Assembly: GCA_051942205.1 (NCBI GenBank)
Contig: JAVECO010000021.1
Location: 62,001 to 126,000 of the forward strand
DNA length: 64,000 nucleotides
Source of the DNA: Coniocarpon cinnabarinum
Taxonomy: Eukaryota
Direction: 5' to 3'
Shown piece after piece: positions 12,691-23,134 of the stretch. The notes beneath the pieces were generated by a model. It saw only the letters and a list, made by a program, of their open reading frames with translations. It did no database searches and had not been told where the DNA came from. A program made the translations under genes and the position numbers. Each line of letters starts with the position of its first letter. The stretch's first letter is position 1.

Positions 12691-13570
12691 ATGGCCAGCG
12701 AACATATCGTCCTGTATGATTTGCCCTGCAAAGGACGAAATGCATGCTGGTCTCTCAATCCATGGAAGTGTACGTTTGTCATTGAGGCGTGTGGAGCAAG
12801 CCTCGAACTATTTCTTCATTGTTCAGTCATCGCTTCAATGCTGACGCTTGGAAGCCCGCATGGCCCTTAATTTCAAGGGTGTGCCTTACCAAACAGAATG
12901 GACCGAGTACCCAGAAATTGCGCCGACTCTGAAGGCGCAAGGCGTTCCACCCAACGAGTGTCCGCCGGCATCTTTTCTCTACACTATTCCGACTGTGCGC
13001 TTTGACGACAACACCATCATCATGGACAGTAAGCCAATCGCGGCAGAGCTGGAAAAGCGCCATCCATCGCCGTCGCTTCATCTGAACAGCCCGTTAGTTT
13101 CAAAGGTTGAGGAGCTCCTGCCCAAAATTGTTCGACCATTGGTTCCCATACTCCTGCCGGCAACGCCGCGAAACTTGTTGAACAAACCAAGTTTCGACTT
13201 CTTCCAGGAGACCAGGAAACAAATGTTCGGCATGCCACTAGACGAGTATGAGAAGCAGAAAGGAGGTGAGCATGTCTGGTGGGTCTGCTTTTTCCTCAGA
13301 TCACATTCTGAGAAGGTTTTGGGCTGACGTGTAGCTTCTAGGGATGACGCGAAACCAGGTTTTGAGCAGATGGCGAGTCTATTGCACGAGAATGAAGGCC
13401 CTTTCTTCATGGGGCAAACGCCCTCGTACGCAGATTTCATCCTTGTCTCGTGCATAAAGTGGTTTCAACGGATCGATGACCGCTTTTTTCAGAAGGCTGT
13501 CAGTCACGACGAGATTTTCAGAAAGCAGTTTGACGCTTGCCAAAAATGGATGGAACGTGATGCTGAGTAA
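12691..13570 (+). CDS. Glutathione S-transferase-like protein (GST_N_3 / UstS-like); introns 12770-12854, 13279-13341
   Basis: MASEHIVLYDLPCKGRNACWSLNPWKSRMALNFKGVPYQTEWTEYPEI...YTIPTV..IMDS..IA; C-terminal GPFFMG..PSYADF. Confidence 0.9.
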
Positions 13571-15740
13571 GATCGCGACCTGCTCAAGTGGATGAGAGGG
13601 CATGAGGGTTGCCTTGGGACAGTGCGTGTTAATCGGAGGGGCGTTGGCTTGGACCAGCTTCTCGTGACCATCTGAGACTTCAGTGCCGTCTGGCACCCAT
13701 ACTCTAGTCTGGCGTGGCAATGTTGCTACTCCCATAATGAGAAGCTCTAAGCCAACCATAGATCCATAGGTAAGGTACACAAAATCGTTGGCTAGCGAAG
13801 TGCTTCAGCGCGACCCAAAATTTCTTGTCGTAAGAGATTCTTCTTGAATCTGCTGAGCATTCTTGTGATGAGTGCTTGGACTGCTGCAGGATACCAGCCC
13901 AAGGTGCTGAGTCAGGTCGATTGGCATCTCGATAGCATGGTCAGCTCTCCAGGAAATCAAGCACAATATGCTGCAACTTGTACCAAAAAGATCAAACTTG
14001 TTTCCGATGTGTTGAATGTATACAAAAGCAGGGCGAGTAAGCGCTGAACATCTTGCAGATTGTAGCTATCACAGGCCCCATCGTATAAAAGATTGATATG
14101 AAACAAACTAGCGACTACAAGCATTCTCACGTTGCAGCGGTCTTGACGCCGTCGGCAAGGCTTTTAACGACCGCTTGACGTCACGGCAACTCAACGAGGC
14201 GACCGTAGATGGCATCGTGCCCAGGTCAGCATCTGTGAGCGCGTTACCATCCGGGCCCGGGCTTGTAGTATTGGTTATCTTGGTTAGATCAAACCCCGAC
14301 GCCTTAAGAAAAGGGACTATGGTCATTGGGGCATCCCAAACGATGAGCAACGGTGACGGTGAGCAAAATGCGTGTTTGATGAGGGCTTTGGCAAAGCCGC
14401 GACGGAGTGACTGCAAAATGAGATGGGGACGAGCCCTCGGGACAGGAAAACATCACAACCTCACGCACGGACCGTTAGACGAGCCCGCACCTGCCAAGCC
14501 CAGTCACCCTACGGCGAACGACCACTAGAGTCATCCCTCTTTTGCAGTGAGTCGACGTGGATGCCATGTGCCGTGCCGCGTTCAGACATCTCTTGCTCCG
14601 TTCTCGCATTGCTGTGTGCATACGTTAATGTGCTAAGCTGGATGCTTGCATCCTGAAGAGTTAGTCCTCGCGCGGTTGAGAAATCCTTGAGGAAGGCTGA
14701 TCATAGCATGCAGAAGCATCCGCGCCCTTTCATCCTTGATTTACTTCATTAAGCGTTTGTGTCCTATGGCTCGCGCTCTGTTTGCGCATACGTAGCGGTA
14801 GACATGAGCACAGTGCTGGCAAACATAAGGACGCAGTACCCCCACGATTTCGCAAACTATGTTTCATGATCACTGCTTCAAAAGCGCGTAGTCTGGGGCG
14901 TATCTTCCATCTCCAAGAAACAGTCACAACCGACAGACTCGGCCTCCATGATACTTCTCTGACCACGTTCGAGAGACCAATTCTTTCTTGACGCAGACGC
15001 GGACAATATACAGCAGAAGAGCATACAAGGCACACTTGCGCAGCATTGTTAGTAAGACATTGTCAGTAAGACGAGCGTGTCGCTCCCATTGTATGAATCC
15101 CGTTTTCCCGCTTCATATCGCTGGCATTATAGCGCAATCTGCTGGCGCCAACCACGTCCGAAGCTTTCACAGGGGCCCAGCTGATGCGTGTCGATCTTAC
15201 AGTCGGAGGGCGCATGTCTGGCATATTTAAGCCTGGCGCTTTGGTGGAGATTGTGGACTCCGGTCTCGAGCAGTAGAAGAAACTTTACAGAACATTTCTC
15301 TCATTTTTCATTCTTCGCACAATAAGCTTGGTAAATGGGGTCAAATATGGAGAGCTCTGTGGTGTCCAGGGGTGCCGGTGCTCCAGACTCATTGGAAGGC
15401 ACGGAACAGGCTTAGAGCAACAGGAGGTCTCTCTTAAAAAGCTTGCCCCGGGTTAATGACGTTTCAAAATAAGTATATCAGAGGAGCATAGCACTTAATG
15501 CACCTAATCTGCAGGAGCTGTAGCGTTGGACTCAGATCCATTGAAATCGTGTCAAGACGTGAGCTGAGATTCGGTGCACATTCATGAGAGCCGCCTCTCT
15601 GATGCGCAGGTGACTATTCTTTATAACCTTGGCACCAGCGCTCAAGGTTCGACCCAATCCGATCACTGCGCTCGTTACGCTTCCGGCTTCTCAAATTCGT
15701 CGCCGCCTACACCTAATGGCGCTAGGCTGGAAGAATATCT

Positions 15741-16811
15741 TCACACAGCGACCTCATCTTCTCCAGTGCTGTTCCCAACTTCTGATCCCTCACTCATTTT
15801 TCCGTTTGTGGAGAGCCTCGATTCATTACCGCCATTACGTCTTGCACCATCAGCAGTTTCGGCCTTGGATTCCACATCGCCATCAGATTCAGAATTTGGA
15901 TCATCGCTGGTGTCCTTGTATATTTTTGAGCCTGACGTCGGGGACGACTTGCTTGATGGGGCCTTCTCATTGTGCGCTTGCTTGCTTACAGCATTCCTTG
16001 TAGCCTCAGGACTACCGCTCTAGAAGCACTTGTCAGTAGTTAATAGACGCAATGTGATTATAAACTCTGGAAGAAACTGGTTGCAGGCGGTCTTGAAGAA
16101 AGCGAATTTCCTGTGATGATGACAAAGCCAGAGGCTTTCAACGCACCTCGTCGCTGCTCTCTCTCTTAATGCTAGTCTGATCATCTGCTACCTTCTGCTT
16201 TTTCTTTGCTTGTGATTTCGCCTTCATTGCCTCTGCCAAATCTCTGCCACTTTTGAATCGGGTTGCATCACTTGTATCTCTGTCGGCTGGATCGATGGCT
16301 TTGCGCTTCTGGACGGGTCTGGTCCCACTGACTTCCTTCTTTTTCCCGCCTGAACGTTCTCCCTTTTGAGCAGCAACATTTTGACCTCCGCCGATCGTGT
16401 CCGAGTTTTTATCTGTGTTGGCTTTGCCGGTTCCTTTCTTTGAAGAGGCGCTCTCATTCTTGGTATCACTTTCTCCTTTCGCTTTTTGGACGGCGCCCTT
16501 TTTGGCACTACTCTTCGGAACGTTTTTGACAGATTGACCGTCCCCTGGGCCAGAGGCATCGCCGGCTATTTCGTCATCGAATATCCCGGCCTTTTCATCT
16601 GCAAGTTTCCTTTTGGCTGCGTCAAGGTGGCGATTCAAAGTCGTCTTGGGTACGTCCGTTGCGTCGGCCAGCGCCTTGATGGGTAGCTGGTCGCAGGTCA
16701 GTTGGCGCCCAGCTCAGGAGCTGGAAAAGTACCTACTGGGCTATCGGCCTCATCATTGTAACGGACGATGAAGAGGTACACCTCTGGGCTTTTGAGTTGC
16801 TGACGAGGCAT
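15741..16811 (-). CDS. Paralog A of small HTH/Myb-like + Lys-rich-tail family (~297 aa). Exons 16811-16737, 16686-16147, 16019-15741
   Basis: MPRQQLKSPEVYLFIVRYNDEADSP|LPIKALADATDVPKTTLNRHLDAAKRKLADE, then a K/S/D/E low-complexity tail. Introns are GTAGGT..CTGAC..CAG and GTGCGT..CTGAC..TAG. Confidence 0.75.
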
Positions 16812-17157
16812 CTTTGCGTAATAATGTAGAAGTCAGAAACAGACAGGGAGCATGTACGGCAAGCCAAAGTCGAGGAGCTTGGGTTTATGAAAGAGTATGG
16901 TGGGTCGAAGCTGGGTTTCAACTAGCTATGATAGACACATAGAGCGACTCTCGGCTCTTCACCTCAAGCTTGTGACACCTGATAGAGCTGAAAATGCTCC
17001 AGAGCTACCCCGTCAGGGCCTTTGCTTGCGGTACGCACTATCCCATTATCGGGCATCTGACCTTGTCTTCCTTTGCTGGAGAGAAACCACTCTTCTTCCA
17101 TTCCCATCATTCTGATTTCAGAGTTGACCTCAAGCTTTATTAGGCTTATAAACTGTC

Positions 17158-17631
17158 ATGGCTTCTCGTCAAGATTTGAAACATCCCGAGGTGATGATGG
17201 CTCTGGCAAGGTGCGCTGTAGAGTTCAATATGCCGGTCTGTCTCGTCGGGTACCGTCTTACTACTAAAATGACTGATCATTTCTAGATGACCGGTACATT
17301 AGTCTCTAAAATCACCGGCCACGCGCTCTCAACTGCCAAGGCACAGTTCGCTATCGCTCGGGGTAAAGTCTATGAAGAGAATGGTACCACGCCGGATACA
17401 GTCGCCGACGGCAAATCTAGCAAGTCCAACAAGCCCAAAAACCCAGAGAAATCGTCTGCTTCCAAGCCGCGCAAGCGTCAGGCGGACGGGGAGGCATCAT
17501 CGACCAAACAGCGCCCTGCAAAGCTGAAAAAGCACTCAAAAGAGACGAAAGATGCGAATGAGACGAGTGAGGCTGATAAAAGCGATGGAAAAGGCGGGGT
17601 CACCGAAGGGAACAAAGAGACTTTGGTGTGA
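17158..17631 (+). CDS. Paralog B of small HTH/Myb-like + Lys-rich-tail family (~140 aa); intron 17236-17286
   Basis: MASRQDLKHPEVMMALARCAVEFNMP|MTGTLVSKITGHALSTAKAQFAIARGKVYEENG; tail contains PRKRQ and AKLKK. Confidence 0.75.
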
Positions 17632-17854
17632 GCAATGTAGAAAAGAGCTGCCTCAAGTCCATGAACGCCATGGGGACAAGCGGTAGACCCGGTAGGGTCT
17701 ATGAGTGAAGGGCCTCAGAGTAGGAAGCGTTCTCTAAGCGCTACTTCAGGGAAAGAAACCACTTCGGCGGCCTTACTTTGCCAGTTTAGTAAACAAAGTA
17801 TTGCACGACACATGATCAACCTTTGGGTACCTGGTCATCCCAATTTCGCGGCTT

Positions 17855-18355
17855 CTAAGCGCAGTCCTCCAAAGATGCGTCCTCCGAGGGTTCTGTTTTC
17901 ACAGCGCTGGCAGCGTCCTCCATCTTCTTCGCAACATTGTGACCTGCATTGATAGAGTTGTCATGTTTTGTTTTCTTGAGCTTCGCAGTAGGTTCGTCAC
18001 CGTTGTTGTCGTCGTCGCGGCGCTGGTCCGCAGAGCGCTTACGACCACCTTTATTCGGTTCTGAAGCTGGTTTGGCCTTTCCCTTATGCATCGAGCCTTT
18101 GGTGGGTAAGCTGGGAGGCAGTCCTTGCTCAACCCGAACTTCAGCCTTTGCTTTGTTGTAGGCTACTGAAGCAGCGCTCATTGACATGCCAGTGACCGAG
18201 GAAATGATCTTTAGGGTGAGCTGGTTCTTTTGTCAGAAAGGTATTACGGAGTTCTGAGTCACGTCACGGACCGTGATGTTAGCCTCGTCGGCATATCTCG
18301 CAAATGCAAGCATCACGTCAGGGTGTTTGAGGGTCTTGCGTTGCTCTATGTTCAT
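17855..18355 (-). CDS. Paralog C of small HTH/Myb-like + Lys-rich-tail family (~149 aa); intron 18221-18271
   Basis: MNIEQRKTLKHPDVMLAFARYADEANIT|LTLKIISSVTGMSMSAASVAYNKAKAEVRVEQG; tail contains GGRKRS, AKLKKTK and VKTEP. Confidence 0.78.
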
Positions 18356-19078
18356 AGGTATATGGTGCTACTTTGGAGTGTTCAATTTCGTCCGTAAGAT
18401 GTGTTTGAAGATGGGAAATCATGGAGCAATGACAGAGATTTGTACGATATATGAGGAAGATATCAAGGAGGAGTCCTACCAGTCACATGCGCATTGTCAG
18501 ACGTGAGGTGAACATTTGACTTTCAGAAGAACTCGTGGGAACACCAAGCTGGATTCCAGACGCTTCTTTCATATTTGACAAGATGTGTCTGTCTCATATC
18601 AGATCTAAGTCACGAGACCAAGGACGAAGCCAAGTGCACCTCTGTCGTGGCGGTACGGTGCTAGAGGAGACCACGCCTGATATGGGGACTGGCCATATCC
18701 CCCATGTCAGATTTGTGGAGGCAGCCTTTGCTTGTCACTGAGTTTCGCTTCATCACGAGCCGTCTGAAGCGGTTTAGAATCGACATAAACAGATAAGCCA
18801 TCACGCTCTACGGCGATTCAAGGCTTCGAACAAGGATAGGGAAGGATTTACTCACGTGACTTGGCGCCACAAGCCAAAAATCCGTCGAGTGCTTTGTGAA
18901 GCAGCTGGGCACAACGCCGCCATAGGCAACGCTTTGATACCAGAATGGTTCTTTTCTCAAAGTGCTCTGCCTAGACTCTCGCATCGTCAGGCACCCCAGC
19001 AAGAACTATTGCCATTACGCGTTTCACATCACCGATCCCCTGCTTCTCCTCTACCCTCCTTAAGCGCTCCATTTCGTA

Positions 19079-19516
19079 ATGTTCTGGCAGCAGTTTACAT
19101 CCAGGACTCTCGCGAACAGCGGCTCGACGGCCCGAGATCATCTCGCCTCCGAGCGCACTCTACTCGCATGGCTTCGAACAGGCCTAGGCTTTGTCGCGCT
19201 GGGGCTGGCAGTCGAACGCGTCGGCCAGCTCGACCTGACGAAGCTCCCCGACAGCTCGCGATCGCCCAGCACCTTAATGCAAGAGTTAGATGATAGAAGA
19301 AAGCGGCGAGCAGACGAAGAACATATAATGGTCGGTGCCCTCCTGAGCACAGGAGCAGGAAGCATTGGATATGGGACCTGGCGCTATTACTCCAATATGA
19401 AGGCACTCGAGCGTGGGCTATATAAGCCAGCTTTATTCGGGGTAGGTTCGGTAAGCCTGGCAATGACAGGTGTCGTAGGTGTTGCATGGTGGTCAACCAT
19501 GTCCCGCGAAGGTTGA
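19079..19516 (+). CDS. DUF202 (YidH-like) small membrane protein
   Basis: NSGSTARDHLASERTLLAWLRTGL signature followed by three hydrophobic helices. Confidence 0.88.
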   Translation: MFWQQFTSRTLANSGSTARDHLASERTLLAWLRTGLGFVALGLAVERVGQLDLTKLPDSSRSPSTLMQELDDRRKRRADEEHIMVGALLSTGAGSIGYGTWRYYSNMKALERGLYKPALFGVGSVSLAMTGVVGVAWWSTMSREG

Positions 19517-20172
19517 GTGGCGGGATCACTCCATCCAGAACGCTTCGACCACCTCTATTTTAAAGGGTCGTTTGTAGAGGCATTTCTCGCACACGAAATA
19601 GCTGGAAGCGCAGTGTGACATCTGCGTAAGAACTTGTGCAAACAGATCTCCGGAAATGATCGATGGAGTGTGTAGCCCCAACCTCGCCAACACTTCTAGC
19701 GTGTTTTAGTACGGCAAAGGATCTCCAACGCGGCTTTATCAAATCTGATGCAGCCAACTGACCTCGCATCACACTCCGAGAGGTCCTCACCTCATCAATC
19801 GACTTTACAACCGTGTCAACACAGAGAAGTGCAAATTGTACAGATGTCCTGAAACGTCATCATATCAGATTTGGCGAAGACATGATATCATATTTTGTGT
19901 CATCATGAGACCACCAGTCAATGTCGCTTGTTGGATTAGCCGTACTCGGCGTAAGAGCAACATCATTACTTATTGAGACCCACGACTTCCCGTCCCAGCC
20001 CACGTCTCCCGCTTTCTTCGCCACTGTGCTAATTTGCCAATCGCTCCACACGTGGAAAATGACGTACCATCTAATCGAGGTCTGCACGGCACTTCAAATA
20101 GTAATTGATCTCTCTCTATTGGACCGCGACTTGTAGCTACGCCATTTTGATTGAGCACAGATCTACACTAAA

Positions 20173-20751
20173 ATGACTGAGATAGGCGAGTTGGCATATC
20201 GCATTGGCGGCAAAGTCACCTTGGAAGTCGAAGAGGGCAAGAAGCAAGAAATCGTCAAGGCATTTAGAGGGCACAGTAGAAAGTGCAAGCTTCAGACCGA
20301 CCATGGAGTTTGGCAATCTGCTCGTAGGCGAGCCACAGAGTACGAGGCAGAATACTTTGAGAACATCCGACAAGCGATCGAAGGCAGCGTTGAGAAGAAG
20401 GAGAGACACCCCAGAGATCAATGGCGTCGGAAGGGAGGTATTACGCATGCACAAGCGCTGTAAGTCAGGACTGACCTGGACGGTCCAGTAAGCATATGAT
20501 CATGAGCCACCCTAATCGTTTGTGTGTGAAGGGATGTGAGACCGTTTTCTGAGGAAGGGTATTTCGCAGAGAGGCGCAATGAGGCTAATGAGCAAGGCGT
20601 CTATCTGGTTGTGCTTTTCTGGAACCAACACGAAGGCAAGCATTGCACCCAGCACATTGCGCAATTTAAGAAAGACGATGATATCGTCAAGCGTATTCCT
20701 CCTGTGGAACAGGTATTCCCGGAACAAATGTCACGAGCAGATACTATTTGA
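20173..20751 (+). CDS. Hypothetical orphan protein (~168 aa); intron 20460-20531; start uncertain
   Basis: Two ORFs are joined in frame by GTAAGT..CCTAAT..AAG (…HAQAL|DVRPFSEEGYF…). No recognisable domain. Confidence 0.45.
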
Positions 20752-21081
20752 GAGATTTCACAAAATTCTGACTGCTTGGAGGACACCTCCCTCTTGCAGT
20801 GCATATGGAGAAGGCTGTTAGCTGCTGTCTAAGGCTCAGCTGGTTTGCTCTTTGTACTCTCCATCTCAAGCACCACTTTCAGTAGCGCGGAGGGACACGT
20901 GATCCAGGAGATGGGAGGTCCTGGAAACGCATTGTTCTTTGCTGAACATCTCACCTGAGGCTACCAGCACGTGACAGCGAAAGGTGTCAGTCATCCCTTC
21001 CAAGTAGCTCTCTTCACACTCACTCGCAGTTTCGTTCCATGAACTCGCACAGTCATTACGAAACACGAGCCTGTAGACACC

Positions 21082-21497
21082 ATGGCATCTAGGACCCGAC
21101 TTGCCGACGATAACGTCTTCCTCGCCTTCGCGCGCTACGAGAAAGATCGAGGCATAAAAGAATGCTAACAAACGACAAGCTTCCTGGCTAATGCCTCTCA
21201 CTGACAAATCGTTAGATTTCACTAAAACACATCGAGCAAGCCACAGGGTTGTCTCATGCGCCTGCTTGGAAGCGATGGAAAGCGGCTCAAGAGCAGGTTC
21301 AGGTTGAGGAGGGTCAAAGCCCCCACAAATCAACGTCATCTGAGCCTCGGGCAAATCATAAGAAAGGAGGCGGACGCAAACGCAAGGTAGAAGCGAACGA
21401 AGGGACTTCTGAAAACGGGGAAGAGGTGACAAGCGGCAAGAGCGCCAAACGCAGGAGCCATGGAGGAGATGGTGCAAATGGCAGTGATACTCATTGA
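21082..21497 (+). pseudogene. Paralog D of small HTH/Myb-like family (~119 aa if spliced); intron 21160-21215 has a non-canonical GA donor, so possibly a pseudogene
   Basis: MASRTRLADDNVFLAFARYEKDRGIK|ISLKHIEQATGLSHAPAWKRWKAAQEQVQVEEG. The homologous donor position reads GAATGC, the unspliced frame stops two codons later (GAA TGC TAA), and the acceptor CTGAC..TTAG is intact. Confidence 0.6.
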
Positions 21498-22059
21498 ACC
21501 TCAGTAGAGCAAGTCGGCCTATAGTGTAGACTGGCTAGACATGAGGAGGACATGCATACCGCTCTTTTAGTAGGATCCTGGTAGTCACAGTCAACCATGA
21601 GTCCAGCAAGCGATTACAAAATTACGACCCCTCATCGCCAAAGCTTCCCAACGCATGTACTGCACCATCGCCGTGATATCTTACATCCTTACTGGCGTTC
21701 TCGTGATGTTGATAAACTCGAGTCACACCTGTACAGTGGCGTGATGTGCTGTAAATGAGCTCAGGTGATTCTGTTATGAGTTTAATATTGGAGCTATGAA
21801 CGAAGTTCGCAACGGCTGGTGATCGGGGCCATTGAGCATGTCAAAGACCCAGCTCAAAGAGGAAGTTACATCAGCCACTCTGATGTGATAGCAGTGCGAA
21901 CAGTTTAACATGTGACTGGGAATCTTTGTCCAACCTCAATGTGACTTTGAAGCATCACTTCTTGATAAATTTTTGCGAGTCGACGCGCACACGGTTACGA
22001 CTCCATTAGAAGTCTGCCAGTGCTTCATCAGCAATAATCAAAAGGCCAAGCAATTAATC

Positions 22060-22554
22060 ATGGCCGCCGAGCGCGTCCGCCTCACGGACAAGAGCATCTA
22101 CCTTGCCCTTGCGCGCTACCAGAAAGATTCTGGCATAGAGGTAAGACTAATGAACCACTCTCATTTCTCTCTTGCGACTTTGGCCTTTCTCTGAACCTGA
22201 CGCTAGATCCAACTCAAGTTTATCAAGTCCGCAGTCTGCGTATCACACGGCACGGCATGGAAACATTGGGATGAAGCAAAGAAGGAAGTGGAGATGGAAG
22301 CAAGTGGAAAACCCTTTACCTCTATGGTTTCTTCGAAGAATGAGAAGGAAGGAACAGATGAAGGTGGCAAATCAGGTCACAAACGCAAGAGAGACGAACA
22401 GGCTACCAAACCGAATGCAACGCAAACTAATGGTCCTGAGAATCGAGTGAAGAAGTCTCGGAAGAAGGGTACCGCCAATAACCAGGACGGGAAAGAACTG
22501 GATGGCCACGTTGTCAAAACCGAGCCTGGGACCGAGGACAACAACGTTGCATAA
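22060..22554 (+). CDS. Paralog E of small HTH/Myb-like + Lys-rich-tail family (~142 aa); intron 22141-22206
   Basis: MAAERVRLTDKSIYLALARYQKDSGIE|IQLKFIKSAVCVSHGTAWKHWDEAKKEVEMEASG; tail contains HKRKR, KKSRKK and VKTEP. Intron is GTAAGA..CTGAC..TAG. Confidence 0.8.
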
Positions 22555-23134
22555 GCACGTATGAGGAGCAGACTGGTGGACTCACTAGGACACGCAGGCT
22601 TTTCACCAGAGAGCACCAGAGTTTGCAGGCCCAGGCTCAATCAAATTACCAAGGCCAAGGACGAGATTGTCAGTAGCTGCCTCAGCTCGTCTTGAGAGTA
22701 TGTGAGTCGCATACACGATTTCTCACGAGACTTCAGTCTCTTTATAGATGTACAATGTTGCGACACAGCTCTTTAATGAAGCTGTCTTGTTCATTCCTCT
22801 GCTCGTCTTGCTCAGAATACAGTCCTCATGTTGCTTTATTCAAATGATTTGCGCAGGCATGTGTAGGGGCGCTGCTTCGATTGGAGACAATCCTGGCCCG
22901 GACGATGTCATTACGGCTCTGGGTTCCTTATGAGAGTATTTTGACAAAGCTTAAGACTCAAGATGTCGATTGCCAGGATAGCCCTCCGAAGCGCATCGTA
23001 GAAACTTCGTTATAGCAAAGCCAGCAGGTACTTGCGCTCGTGCAAAATCTGATCATACTCAACTACCCTGTCTAAACATACCGGCGACGTAACGCCACAA
23101 TCCACTTCTTGCATGACGCTCTTTCCCTAGATCA

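Noticed and set aside
14108..14528. Overlapping ~100-117-aa ORFs on both strands
   Set aside because: No recognisable domain or gene structure; not a sixth member of the HTH family (motif absent).
14925..15225. Minus-strand ATG + GTAAGA..TACTAAC..AAG intron giving a ~44-aa peptide (MPDMRPPT|CALYALLLYIVRV...)
   Set aside because: Splice signals are plausible, but the peptide is short with no motif or homology support; it may be non-coding.
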